Below, one piece after another: positions 48,145 through 58,943 of a DNA stretch of 64,000 nt. The stretch is from an uncultured virus (IMG/VR IMGVR_UViG_3300024308_000304) (lineage: Duplodnaviria; Heunggongvirae; Uroviricota; Caudoviricetes), in IMG/VR virus record IMGVR_UViG_3300024308_000304, one strand, 5' to 3'. A program made the position numbers and the translations under genes. The first letter of the stretch is position 1. Each line of letters opens with the position of its first letter. Below the pieces are notes generated by a model that saw only the letters and a program-made list of their open reading frames with translations, was not told the DNA's origin and made no database searches.

Positions 48145-50832
48145 TTAAACAACTTTATTTTCAAAATAAAATACATAATTTCTTATAATATCATCAATAT
48201 TAAAATCATAAGGAATATAATTTTGAATATTGCTTACCACAAAATAATCAATATATGTCATTTCAAAAAGATTAACGCTTGGATATTTAAAGCCATTTAA
48301 CATATTAAGCAAAATAGATAAATAGTTATTGTGATTGTTAAACCACTTTTCACTTTCTACCAAATCTTTATTAAAAGATAACACAATATCATTATAGTAA
48401 ACTTTTTTATTTGCTGAAACATTATAGATATGATGGTATTCATTAGAATCAAAAGACACATCAGCAATTATCTTTGCGGCCCAATTTATAGGAGTGAAAT
48501 CAAAAGATAAACCAATGGAATCCGTTGGAAGAGTTGATGATTTCAAAGACTCATCAATGAATTGATATAAAAAGGAATTTTTATCATCTGAACTCAATTG
48601 TTCTGGAAGTAATAATCCTAATCTAAACTGCTGTATATGATTATGTTTATTATAATAACTCATCATATAGTCACTTAACCATTTTGTTTGAGCATATCCA
48701 TTATACAACTCTTCACTATCAATCATCAAAGTATCTTCATCAATAATTGAATTATTAAGATGACTACCAGAGACATGAACAGATAAAGTAGACGAATAAT
48801 AAATTTTTTTAAGTATTCCATCAAAAGAGAATTGAATTATATTTGCTGATGACTTTACATTATCATTAAATAACTGATCAAAAGTTCCTATATTATTAAC
48901 ATTAGCTGCATTATGATAGATATGAGATACATTGTCTTTTATCATCTCATAATCTTTCTTGGAAAGCCCAATAAGATCATCTGAAAGACTTGTTATAGGT
49001 AATATTACTATATTGTCTTGAAGTGTATTTTTTTTCATAAACTTAGAAATAGCATCTTCATAACTAACAGCACGAATTAAACAATATATTGTTTTATAAG
49101 CGTCTTTAATTTGATGTAATATTGCACTACCAAGATGGCCAGTAACACCTGTCATTAAAGCTACATTTGTATCATGAAAATCAAGGTCTTGTGAAATTTT
49201 AATCAGACTCCAATCAATTGAGTTTACCAATTCATATTTAGTAATTGGTTTCACATGAACATAACTTATAATATCTTCAATAGTGTTTTTATCCATTAAA
49301 TAATCAAATGAAATATTCATGCCAATATTTTGAAGTTCTTTTTGTAACAAGATGAACTTCATTGAGTCTGCCCCATTATCTCTAAATGAAATATCTTCTA
49401 CTATCTCATGTCCTAATATAGAAGTAAAAATAGATGAAATTAACTTGAATAAATTATCATTGGTTAAATGTTTACTGTCATTTTTCCCATTAGCTGTTTT
49501 TGGAATGGATGTATGTAGAAAATAATGTGGGATCATATATTGTGGTAACATTTTAGAAATGAAATTTACAATATCTTTTTTATCAACATCACCTTCATAA
49601 TAAGCATGTATTTTATTATCTTTATAAACGACAGAGACATTACTAACGGCTTCAATCGCATTGATAGCTTGTTCTATCTCTTCTAAACATATTAATTGAC
49701 CATTATGTTTTATTTGTCTATCAATACGACCTATAAACTCAATACCCATATCGGTTTTAATAACTTTATCGCCTGTTTTATACCAAACAGAACCATTAAT
49801 TTCAATGAATCGTTCTTGAGTCAATTTAGGATTAGTATAACCACGAGCTAATTGAACTCCAGAAATATAAAGTTCTCCCGCTATATTGCTAACTTCTAAT
49901 TGATTTTCATCTAAAATAATATAGTGAACACCATCTAATGCTTGTCCAATTAATGGCCTTGACCAATTATTGTCACAAATAGAATAGCTTGTGCAAATGG
50001 TAGCCTCTGTTGGCCCATAAACATTAATGACTTTCATACATGCAGAATATTTTCTAACTGTTTCTGGATCTGCAACTTCACCACCAATAACAATTGATTT
50101 TAATGATGGCACATCAATTGGATTAATGAGTTTAATAAATGACGGAGGAATATCCACATAAGTAATTAAATAATCATTAATAAATTCTATAAAAGATGAA
50201 ACTTCATATTTAACACGCTCATCAATAAAAAATGTAGATGCTGATAATAATGAACAGTAAATATCTGAAAGTGAAGCATCAAAATTCATTGAAAGAAACC
50301 AATAAATATTTGAATAGTCCAACTCAAATATTTCAATTTGCTGTGAAATAACATTATCTATACCTTTAAAGTTAACTTCAACACCTTTTGGAACACCTGT
50401 AGTACCAGAAGTATAAATTGTATACATAAGGTTATTGTCATCATAATTAATGATCAAATCATCATTTGATTGAGTTAAGACATGAACGTTCAACGATTCA
50501 ATAACTGCGTTATCTTTAAATCGATTTACTGTTAAAATATCTTTAATACCTGAATCGTTAATTATAAAATTTAGTCTCTCAATTGGTAGTGAAGGATCTA
50601 ATGGAACAAAAGAACAATCTGACAAAGTTAAAGCATAGACAGCCGCCACAAAATCTGCTGATTTATCTATGAAAATACCAATTTTTTTATTTTTAATGTT
50701 TAAAGTTTGAAAACCTTTTGCATAAGATAAAAGATCTTCAAAAGTATAAGATTTTTGATAAAAGAGATCTGTTACAGCTACTGTATTCTTGTTGTTTTCT
50801 GATATAGTTGTTAATTTACTTTTAAAATTCAT
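48145..50832 (-). CDS. Stand-alone NRPS-like enzyme: adenylation, carrier (T) and thioester reductase domains
   Basis: YTSGTTGVPKG, FDAS, YGPTE, GELYISG, YKTGD, NGK; GADS carrier Ser; TGVTGHLG, YAQTK. Confidence 0.92.
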   Translation of the reverse strand: MNFKSKLTTISENNKNTVAVTDLFYQKSYTFEDLLSYAKGFQTLNIKNKKIGIFIDKSADFVAAVYALTLSDCSFVPLDPSLPIERLNFIINDSGIKDILTVNRFKDNAVIESLNVHVLTQSNDDLIINYDDNNLMYTIYTSGTTGVPKGVEVNFKGIDNVISQQIEIFELDYSNIYWFLSMNFDASLSDIYCSLLSASTFFIDERVKYEVSSFIEFINDYLITYVDIPPSFIKLINPIDVPSLKSIVIGGEVADPETVRKYSACMKVINVYGPTEATICTSYSICDNNWSRPLIGQALDGVHYIILDENQLEVSNIAGELYISGVQLARGYTNPKLTQERFIEINGSVWYKTGDKVIKTDMGIEFIGRIDRQIKHNGQLICLEEIEQAINAIEAVSNVSVVYKDNKIHAYYEGDVDKKDIVNFISKMLPQYMIPHYFLHTSIPKTANGKNDSKHLTNDNLFKLISSIFTSILGHEIVEDISFRDNGADSMKFILLQKELQNIGMNISFDYLMDKNTIEDIISYVHVKPITKYELVNSIDWSLIKISQDLDFHDTNVALMTGVTGHLGSAILHQIKDAYKTIYCLIRAVSYEDAISKFMKKNTLQDNIVILPITSLSDDLIGLSKKDYEMIKDNVSHIYHNAANVNNIGTFDQLFNDNVKSSANIIQFSFDGILKKIYYSSTLSVHVSGSHLNNSIIDEDTLMIDSEELYNGYAQTKWLSDYMMSYYNKHNHIQQFRLGLLLPEQLSSDDKNSFLYQFIDESLKSSTLPTDSIGLSFDFTPINWAAKIIADVSFDSNEYHHIYNVSANKKVYYNDIVLSFNKDLVESEKWFNNHNNYLSILLNMLNGFKYPSVNLFEMTYIDYFVVSNIQNYIPYDFNIDDIIRNYVFYFENKVV

Positions 50833-50886
50833 TATTTTTTTCCTAATTATAATCTAAAATATAAAAGCTCCCATAGGAGCATTTAA

Positions 50887-52752
50887 TTAATCATTGTTCC
50901 TTTTACAATAATTTTTATCTAAGTAATAAATACTGAAAATCATCATAATTACTGGGTCAAATGAATTGGCATTAAGTTTACCATTTTTTAATTCAGTAAT
51001 CATATTAAGAATTTTACTTTGGTCAAAGTATTCACTATTAAATATTGTAGAAGAATGAACAATATCCATAAGATGTTCGTAAACATATTTACTGTTTGTC
51101 CAATTGAAAAGTGGTGGAGCAACAAAAGGATGTTTTTGTTTGTTATAGATAGTATCACTAATATAGGGCTTCATAGCTTCTTTTAAAATATGTTTTTCAT
51201 TACCCATATATATTTTTTGTTCAAGTGGAATAGTTCTTACAAAATCAAAAAACTCTCTATCTAAAAATGGCACTCTTCCTTCAATTGTATTTGCCATCTC
51301 TAATTTATCACCCAAAGCATTGAGAATATAATTACTTAAACAAATTTTTGTCCACAAAAATGTAGAATTATTGATTTTAGGAGTCTCTTTGGACATTTCA
51401 TAAAGTCTAATCATATAACTTGCTGGGTCAGAATTGATATAATGATCCAAGAATTCTTTTTTCAATGTATAATTCTTCAATTTATAGCCCATAGAATATT
51501 TAGCTTTCAAAAATGTAGGTACATAACCCAATGTCTTTTCTATTTTTGAAACATCTAACATATCAGTGTCTGGAATTTGCATTCCACTTAAATACTTGTT
51601 TTTCTCAACATGTTTTTCATAGTCAATATCCATTTTCAAATGTGGATAACCAAAGAGTATTTCATCAGAACCTTCACCACTTAATGAAACTTTACAACCA
51701 TCATTGGCCATGTGCTTGAAGAGTAAATATTTAGATGAAACATGCATATTGATAGAAACTTGTTCTGAATGGAATATTGCCTTTTCAAGATTATCAAGAA
51801 GAATCTTTTCATTTACTTCAATAGGGTTAAATTTAGCATTATACATATTAGCCATTTCTTTAGCCGCATTCAATTCATCAAAGTCAGCACCATTTTTAAA
51901 ACTAATAGTATAAGCATTAAGATCTTTTGTAAATTCAGAAGATAATGCCAATACAGAAGCTGAATCTATACCACCACTTAAAGCAATACCTGTTTTTTTT
52001 GTAGTTTTTATTCTGCGAGATACACTTTTTTTCAATTTTTCTAAAAGAATAATTTTGTTCTCTTCTATAGAATTGTAATTCTCTTCAAATGACATTTTAA
52101 AATAGTTTATTTCTGAGAATGTTCTTTTTTTAACATCAATAACTAAAACTGTTCCCGGTTGAATTTGCTTAACTTCATCAAACAAAGTATTGTAGGTGTC
52201 ATGATATTGCATTGTAAATACACTATTTAATGAATTCATATCAAAATTTAAAGAATGCAATGCAAGGTACGCTTTTATTTCTGATGAAACATAAACATTT
52301 TCATTGTTTCTATACATATAGAGAGGTTTTATACCAAAAGAATCTCTACCTAAAAAGACACGACCTTTAATACTGTCATAAAGAAAGAATGCATATTCAC
52401 CATTTAAACGCCCCTTTTCCAAATAATCGAATAACAGACCACGCTCATATAACTGAATAATCATTTCAGAATCGGATTGAGTTTTAAAATCCATATTGAG
52501 TTCTTTTTTAATATCTTCGTAATCATAGAACTCACCATTAACTGCTGCAAAAATAGTGTTTACGGTGTTTGAAACTGGTTGCTTAGTCTTTTCACCAGTA
52601 ATACTTAAAAGATTGTGACCAATAGAAACATTGTTATCCAAGAAATAACCTGTTTCATCTCTACCACGATGACTAATACAATTTAAACCTTTTTTTACAA
52701 AATAATTATTAACTTGACCATCAAAAGAAATTTGTCCTATTATTCCACACAT
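50887..52752 (-). CDS. asnB: Asparagine synthetase (glutamine-hydrolysing) family amidotransferase
   Basis: MCGI N-terminus, RDSFGIKPLY, LSGGIDS, SGEGSDE, RVPFLD. Confidence 0.92.
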   Translation of the reverse strand: MCGIIGQISFDGQVNNYFVKKGLNCISHRGRDETGYFLDNNVSIGHNLLSITGEKTKQPVSNTVNTIFAAVNGEFYDYEDIKKELNMDFKTQSDSEMIIQLYERGLLFDYLEKGRLNGEYAFFLYDSIKGRVFLGRDSFGIKPLYMYRNNENVYVSSEIKAYLALHSLNFDMNSLNSVFTMQYHDTYNTLFDEVKQIQPGTVLVIDVKKRTFSEINYFKMSFEENYNSIEENKIILLEKLKKSVSRRIKTTKKTGIALSGGIDSASVLALSSEFTKDLNAYTISFKNGADFDELNAAKEMANMYNAKFNPIEVNEKILLDNLEKAIFHSEQVSINMHVSSKYLLFKHMANDGCKVSLSGEGSDEILFGYPHLKMDIDYEKHVEKNKYLSGMQIPDTDMLDVSKIEKTLGYVPTFLKAKYSMGYKLKNYTLKKEFLDHYINSDPASYMIRLYEMSKETPKINNSTFLWTKICLSNYILNALGDKLEMANTIEGRVPFLDREFFDFVRTIPLEQKIYMGNEKHILKEAMKPYISDTIYNKQKHPFVAPPLFNWTNSKYVYEHLMDIVHSSTIFNSEYFDQSKILNMITELKNGKLNANSFDPVIMMIFSIYYLDKNYCKRNND

Positions 52753-52764
52753 ATATTGTTATCC

Positions 52765-53625
52765 TTAAAATTTGAAAAATATTTTTTTGTCGCCTGTTTC
52801 ACTTGCTGTAAATGCTTTTTTCCAATCATCAAGTATATAGCTATCACCCAACAAGTGGTTAAAGTCCATATAATGATTTTTAGCATATTCAACAGCAAAA
52901 GCAAAGTCATGATAATATAAAGATTCAATTAAAATTTCTTTTCTGACATAATCATAGAAATTAACAGGAATATGATTTGGAAAACGACTTTTTAAAATTA
53001 ATACACCATTTTTCTTTATAATTTTAGACATAATATCAAAAGTGTGAGTTGTTGCTAACGTCTCAATTACATAATCAAAAGAATTAGGTTCAAGAACAGT
53101 TAAGCTATCAATAAGAACTACATTGTAACCATTTTTTATCATGATTTCATAAGTTAATTTGCCAATCCTATTCTCACCATAAACTGCACCAACCATTTGT
53201 TTATTAATCAATCTGCTTTTTAATGGAGCTAATGATGCTGCTATAGGTTCAATATAAGCTGAAACTCTCATATTATTAAAATTGCCCATAGAGTATACTT
53301 GAGAAGAAGGAATACTTACAAACTCTGCAAAACATCCATGATGCTCAACACCAATCATAGTTAAGTCATCATAAATTGGGTTAACAGTTACAATGTCACC
53401 TTCTTTAAATTTATTACTTTTTGATTGAGCAACATATCCAGAGAACTCATGACCTAAAACAACAGTTTCTGCTGTAATAATTTTGTTCTGAGAAGCGTAG
53501 ATATCTGTACGGCAAATACCTGCCGTATCAACTTTAATTAATACATCATGTTGATGATTTAGACTATAATCAGTAACTTCTGTGGTTTCTATATTTTTTA
53601 ATAATGCTTTCATATTTATATTCAC
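52765..53625 (-). CDS. Zn-dependent MDR alcohol dehydrogenase-like protein, compact (alternative start 53613)
   Basis: GICRTD, GHEFSG, EPIA; lacks structural-Zn loop and canonical GxGxxG. Confidence 0.8.
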   Translation of the reverse strand: MNINMKALLKNIETTEVTDYSLNHQHDVLIKVDTAGICRTDIYASQNKIITAETVVLGHEFSGYVAQSKSNKFKEGDIVTVNPIYDDLTMIGVEHHGCFAEFVSIPSSQVYSMGNFNNMRVSAYIEPIAASLAPLKSRLINKQMVGAVYGENRIGKLTYEIMIKNGYNVVLIDSLTVLEPNSFDYVIETLATTHTFDIMSKIIKKNGVLILKSRFPNHIPVNFYDYVRKEILIESLYYHDFAFAVEYAKNHYMDFNHLLGDSYILDDWKKAFTASETGDKKIFFKF

Positions 53626-53675
53626 TTAATTGATATTTGCTATTATATCATATATAAATAAAATAAGAAAGTGTT

Positions 53676-54281
53676 TTAAATCATCATCATCTCAAATAAT
53701 TCAAATTTTTCTTTATATCCCATATTCTTAACATCAACGCCATTTGCTATAAAATAAGCATTATATTGATTCTCAATGTCATTAAATAAGTCATTAAGCT
53801 TATGATTTTCAAACATTAAAAAATAAGATGAGCTTACATAATTTTTTTTGTCAAAACAAATAGGTGTCGTACTATCATTAAAAACAAAAGTTGTAGTAAT
53901 TAAAGGTTTATTTATTATTAAATGTTTTACAAAACTTATTTCTTTGGAATATTGCTTTGACAAAAAAAAGTAAAAATTATTAATATAAAAAAGAGCTTTT
54001 TCCCCTAAATCATTAAAATTTTTATCATAAAATTTAATACATTTATTATTTTTTTTATCATATTGAATGGAAACACAAACAACAATTTCATTATTAAGCT
54101 GTTTAAGATAGGCATTTGCAATATCGCCACTGCCATTTGTCAAAGAATCATGATAAATACAAAGTCTAACATGATCAAAATATACATCACGTTTAACTTT
54201 ATAACTATCAAATTTTAAATTTAATTCTTTTTCTATCAAGTTAACAAAAAAAGAATCATTCAATTGATTTATGTTAATCAT
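53676..54281 (-). CDS. Hypothetical protein (C-terminal motif family)
   Basis: Ends FELFEMMMI. Confidence 0.65.
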   Translation of the reverse strand: MININQLNDSFFVNLIEKELNLKFDSYKVKRDVYFDHVRLCIYHDSLTNGSGDIANAYLKQLNNEIVVCVSIQYDKKNNKCIKFYDKNFNDLGEKALFYINNFYFFLSKQYSKEISFVKHLIINKPLITTTFVFNDSTTPICFDKKNYVSSSYFLMFENHKLNDLFNDIENQYNAYFIANGVDVKNMGYKEKFELFEMMMI

Positions 54282-55206
54282 TCAATTCCTTAAATGCTGG
54301 GTATTTTTTTGTAAAAATAAGTTCATAGAAATCATTGTCATTTGGAACACGCTCAATGTATTCAGGAAGTAATATTTTATCGCCTTTTAATAATTCTTCT
54401 TGAACAATATCTTCTGCATCCATAGTAAGACCTGTTAACTCATGAATTGCCAATTCAGACTTATCCTTGCCTGTTTTCAAAAGAAGTTCAATATACAATT
54501 CATTTCTTCTTAAACTCTTGAAAATAATCTCAAGACGTTTTAATTCAGAATAGAGGAATGGAACAATATCTTCTGCGTCAATATTAAAAAAATCTACGTC
54601 AACAGAGATACCATTCATAACTTCTTTTGACATTGAACTCTTTTTAAATAAAGATGACCAAACTTTATCCCTAAATCTGTATTCAGTTCTGGTTAAATCA
54701 TCTGTACAATACGTTTCATATGAAAAATCTTCAAGAATTTTTAGTTCTTCATTAATTACATTGAAGTCATCAACTATTTCTTGGTCAAAAGCCATAATAT
54801 AGACAGTGTGTTTTTTCTGACTTTTAAAATAAATATGATTGTTTGCATAATTATAATCTCTACCTTCTAAATCATAACGTGTAAACAATTTATAAGTATT
54901 TTTAACTGCTTCAAAAATGGTATCTTCATTTTTAACATAATGAGTATAAAGTGTTTTAACAGGCTCTGATTTAATATAAAAAATTTCTTTAGAGAGAATA
55001 TCAAAAATATTATCATTTGCAATATTTTTTTCTAATTTAGGATTTGAATAAACTGAGGATAATTTCGAGACTGTTTGAGCCATCTTTTTACACGCATGTT
55101 TTCGCAATAGCTCTGTAAAAATTACACGCAACTGTGCATTAACTTTATCAACCTTAGCTGAATTAGAAGTTTTTAATATAAACCCTTTAGAAATATTGAA
55201 TCCCAT
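54274..55206 (-). CDS. Hypothetical protein, paralog family A
   Basis: FSYETYCTDDLTRTEYRFRDKVW resembles the neighbours. Confidence 0.65.
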   Translation of the reverse strand: MGFNISKGFILKTSNSAKVDKVNAQLRVIFTELLRKHACKKMAQTVSKLSSVYSNPKLEKNIANDNIFDILSKEIFYIKSEPVKTLYTHYVKNEDTIFEAVKNTYKLFTRYDLEGRDYNYANNHIYFKSQKKHTVYIMAFDQEIVDDFNVINEELKILEDFSYETYCTDDLTRTEYRFRDKVWSSLFKKSSMSKEVMNGISVDVDFFNIDAEDIVPFLYSELKRLEIIFKSLRRNELYIELLLKTGKDKSELAIHELTGLTMDAEDIVQEELLKGDKILLPEYIERVPNDNDFYELIFTKKYPAFKELND

Positions 55207-55264
55207 ATCTGATACCTTTATAAATTTGATAGCAATTATACTAAATTATAGACAAAAAATCAAT

Positions 55265-56167
55265 TCAAATTACTGGATAACTCAATTTCATATTTAATAA
55301 ACTATCCATAATCAAACTTTTCGTAAACCCTGCTTCAATAGCTTTTTGTGTATACGTTAAATGTACGCCATTGTTAATGTCTTCACTAAATCTATCATGA
55401 ACATAAGAGCCAATTTTAACGGCACTAATCTCATTTTCTTCAAATTCACGCCAATAAATCTGTTTCATAGTTTTCTTATAAAATCTAATTAACAGTTCAT
55501 GATCATCAGGAATCATTTCAAACAATTTATCATTTTCTTTCGATTCTTTTTTCAAATTTATTTTTGATGGACTAATAACAAATTGATTCATTTCTAATTC
55601 TGGTTTGTACTTGAAAATATGATCCCAGTTTTTTCCTCTCAAGTTCCATTCTCTTGTTGAAATATTATCTGGCTGATCAGTAGAGGTCCAATAATTATAT
55701 GAATTTAAACCATCAATAATACTGAGATCAGTGTTATATGATAAAAGATAGTCTGAGATGCCTTGACCACCAGAAATAATGTAGTATGTAGAATTTTTAT
55801 GAGATTTAAAGAATACCGAAGCTTTATAATTGAGAACAAAATTTAAATTATGGTTTGAGCATAATTCTATCATTGATAAATGTTGCATAAAGAAACTACT
55901 TATAGATAACCTTTCTGAAAAAAATTTCTTTACAAGCATAGATTCTTGATGGTCTAAATCATAAGCATGTTCAAAATAATACCAAAAATCTAAATTTGGT
56001 CGAGTCAAAGACTCTAATTTATAATCAATTAAAGACTCTACGCATAATTTATAAATATTATTTTGTGTTAAATCAGTGATAATTTTTTTTATTTCTTCAT
56101 TAACATGTTGAACCTTATTTAAATTAGCAGAATTTAATCTATAGCCACTAAATATTGTCGTAGACAT
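55265..56167 (-). CDS. Hypothetical protein, paralog family A
   Basis: YNYWTSTDQPDNISTREWNLRGKNWD. Confidence 0.7.
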   Translation of the reverse strand: MSTTIFSGYRLNSANLNKVQHVNEEIKKIITDLTQNNIYKLCVESLIDYKLESLTRPNLDFWYYFEHAYDLDHQESMLVKKFFSERLSISSFFMQHLSMIELCSNHNLNFVLNYKASVFFKSHKNSTYYIISGGQGISDYLLSYNTDLSIIDGLNSYNYWTSTDQPDNISTREWNLRGKNWDHIFKYKPELEMNQFVISPSKINLKKESKENDKLFEMIPDDHELLIRFYKKTMKQIYWREFEENEISAVKIGSYVHDRFSEDINNGVHLTYTQKAIEAGFTKSLIMDSLLNMKLSYPVI

Positions 56168-56178
56168 AATCAAACTCC

Positions 56179-57099
56179 TTATTTATTAATATCTGAAAAG
56201 TTAAATACTTCAGTAAAAAGATCTTGAGTAATCATATCTTTTTGCAATCTATATTCTTTAGCTATATCCGCCATTTCTAACAGATGACCTGAATTTAACC
56301 CTTCTTCTATATGTTCTTTAGCATACTTATTTGCTTTAGCCATACTTCTAGATTCACCAGATGCAATTTGTCTTTCTAGTTCTTCTGCTACAAAATCGTT
56401 ATATTTAATTTCTTTGTACATTAATTTAAGAAGGTTAAAATCATTAGGTACTAATTCATATATGCTACTGAATTCTTGCATTTCAAGAACATTTGGCAAT
56501 ACATACACAGTGTTCATATCTTGAGATGGATAATACTTAACAATATTATCCCAATTCTCAATTCGTTTGTTCCAATCAGCAGAAGTAATGTGAGAAGGAC
56601 GGTCAGTATTATTCCAATATTCATACAATTTGAAATCTCTACCAGCAACTGAACGGTATTTTGATTTAAAATATGATTTTACAGCAGAAACACCAAGCAT
56701 GATATAATAAGTATGACCTTCATAAAACTTAAAGCCAAAACCTGTTCGTTTATTAAGATGTAAATCTAAATTCATTTCAGATGCTAATTCAATCATGCGA
56801 ATATAATTATGATAAAATGTACGATGACTATGTTCATCTACAAGCATATTTTTAAATCGTGTAAATTCTCGGCTATTACCCAAAATACTAGCATGTTCTA
56901 AATATTGCCAAAATGTAATATCTTTATTTTTTTCTTCTGCTTGATATAAACGGAAATGAATCATTTCATTAACAATATTATTTTTTACAATATTATAAAC
57001 TTCATCTTTCATGAATTGTTTAATTTTATCATTAATGATTTGAATGTTTTCACCATTAACGTCATTAATTCTATAAGCATCGGCAATAACTGTAGACAT
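56179..57099 (-). CDS. Hypothetical protein, paralog family A
   Basis: YEYWNNTDRPSHITSADWNKRIENWD. Confidence 0.7.
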   Translation of the reverse strand: MSTVIADAYRINDVNGENIQIINDKIKQFMKDEVYNIVKNNIVNEMIHFRLYQAEEKNKDITFWQYLEHASILGNSREFTRFKNMLVDEHSHRTFYHNYIRMIELASEMNLDLHLNKRTGFGFKFYEGHTYYIMLGVSAVKSYFKSKYRSVAGRDFKLYEYWNNTDRPSHITSADWNKRIENWDNIVKYYPSQDMNTVYVLPNVLEMQEFSSIYELVPNDFNLLKLMYKEIKYNDFVAEELERQIASGESRSMAKANKYAKEHIEEGLNSGHLLEMADIAKEYRLQKDMITQDLFTEVFNFSDINK

Positions 57100-57175
57100 A
57101 GTTTTCTCCATTAAAATATGCTTAATGGTATCAAAAATTAATTATATAGTCAATAAAAAAAGCTCCGAAGAGCTT

Positions 57176-58186
57176 TTATTTTGCGTTTTTAACACTAATG
57201 GCCAAATCAAGCATTCTATTAGAGAATCCCCATTCATTGTCATACCAAGCAAAAACTTTAATCATTTTATCTTGAACAAAAGTTTGAGTGGAATCAAAAA
57301 CACTTGATTGACTGTTATGGTTGAAATCTACAGACACCAAAGGCTCTTCATTATAACCAAGAACACCATTAAATATTTTATTAGCTACTGCTGTTTTAAA
57401 CACGGCATTCAGTTCTTCTTTGGTTGTTGACTTAGAAATATTACAAGTAAAATCTACCAAAGATACATTTGGAGTAGGCACACGCACAGCCAAACCATTA
57501 ATCTTGCCCTGTAACTCTGGAATAATTAACCCAATTGCTTTGGCAGCACCTGTTTTAGATGGAATCATAGATAATGTTGCCGCTCTTGCTCTATACAGAT
57601 CACTGTGATCAGTATCAATTAAACGTTGGTCACCAGTATATGAATGGATAGTCGTCATGAACCCACTTTCAATTCCAAACTCACTATGAATCAGTGCAGC
57701 AACAGGTGCCAAGCAATTTGTTGTACAGGATGCATTGGAAATAACTATATCATCTTTTGTGAGAGATTTTTCATTTACCCCCCATACTATAGTCTTATCT
57801 GCTCCATCACAAGGGGCTGAAATTATCACTTTTTTAGCACCAGCTTGAATATGAGCTAAAGCTGTTTCTTTTTTAGTGTATTTACCAGTACAATCAAAAA
57901 CAATATCAATATCCAATTCTTTCCAAGGGAGTTGTGCAGCATCTTTGATTGAATAATATTTTATTTTGTGATTATTGATGCAAATATTGCCATCATTAAT
58001 TTTTAGATTTCTATCGAAAGCTTTATGTACACTATCATATTTAAGTAAATGAGTTGCATGTTCAATAGAAGATAAATCATTTATGGCCACGATTTGTATA
58101 GAACTTTTATAATGTGGAGCTTCATAGAATGCTCTTAATATATTTCTACCAATCCTTCCAAAACCATTAATAGCTATTTTAACCAT
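57176..58186 (-). CDS. gap: Type I glyceraldehyde-3-phosphate dehydrogenase
   Basis: INGFGRIGR, NASCTTNCL, TGAAKA, WYDNEWG. Confidence 0.96.
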   Translation of the reverse strand: MVKIAINGFGRIGRNILRAFYEAPHYKSSIQIVAINDLSSIEHATHLLKYDSVHKAFDRNLKINDGNICINNHKIKYYSIKDAAQLPWKELDIDIVFDCTGKYTKKETALAHIQAGAKKVIISAPCDGADKTIVWGVNEKSLTKDDIVISNASCTTNCLAPVAALIHSEFGIESGFMTTIHSYTGDQRLIDTDHSDLYRARAATLSMIPSKTGAAKAIGLIIPELQGKINGLAVRVPTPNVSLVDFTCNISKSTTKEELNAVFKTAVANKIFNGVLGYNEEPLVSVDFNHNSQSSVFDSTQTFVQDKMIKVFAWYDNEWGFSNRMLDLAISVKNAK

Positions 58187-58315
58187 ATATTTCTCCTTTT
58201 AGCTTATTAGATTATAAATAAATAAACAAAAAAGTCAAAGGAAATCAATCCATTTAAATTGTTGACAAAAATGGTCGAAAACATTAGAATTAAACGTTTA
58301 AAATAGGAGTAATCA

Positions 58316-58858
58316 ATGTTTATAGAATCTGAATTGAAAAAATCATTGCTGAAAAAAGACATATCTTTGAGATTTGATGACAATACAGATATTATAAAAT
58401 TATTCAGTAAAAATAATGTCTATATTACAAGATATGGAAAAAGAGAAAAATTCTTACAGAGTAATTCGCAACAATACAGACTAAGAGATGGCGTTAATGA
58501 TGTTGTCTTTAAAATAGAATCCTACCCATATCTTCATATAGCTGCTAAAACATTTTCATATAAAAATGGAAAATATGAAGAAAGCTTTATTTACAATACA
58601 GATTTGAAATTAAAAAGATACTTCAAAACTATGAAGCCTAAATATTTTGGATTAGATATACATCGACTAAAACCTGTATTAATAGATTTTGAAAATGATA
58701 TAACTTATGTATATTTTAGGAAAAATAGCAGTATAAAAGACGAAAGGATAATAACTACATATGATAGATTGAAAGATTTGGGTATAGCTCTTGATGATAT
58801 AACAAATATAAAGTTATCTTCAGAAGAAATGGAAATATTAAAAATGATTACAATTTAA
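58316..58858 (+). CDS. Hypothetical protein (C-terminal motif family)
   Basis: Ends EMEILKMITI. Confidence 0.7.
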   Translation: MFIESELKKSLLKKDISLRFDDNTDIIKLFSKNNVYITRYGKREKFLQSNSQQYRLRDGVNDVVFKIESYPYLHIAAKTFSYKNGKYEESFIYNTDLKLKRYFKTMKPKYFGLDIHRLKPVLIDFENDITYVYFRKNSSIKDERIITTYDRLKDLGIALDDITNIKLSSEEMEILKMITI

Positions 58859-58943
58859 AAAAAATCTGACTAATGGCCAATTGCCGTCTAATCTAAAATA
58901 TTATATAATTATTATTAATACTACAATAAAAATAAGGAAAGTT

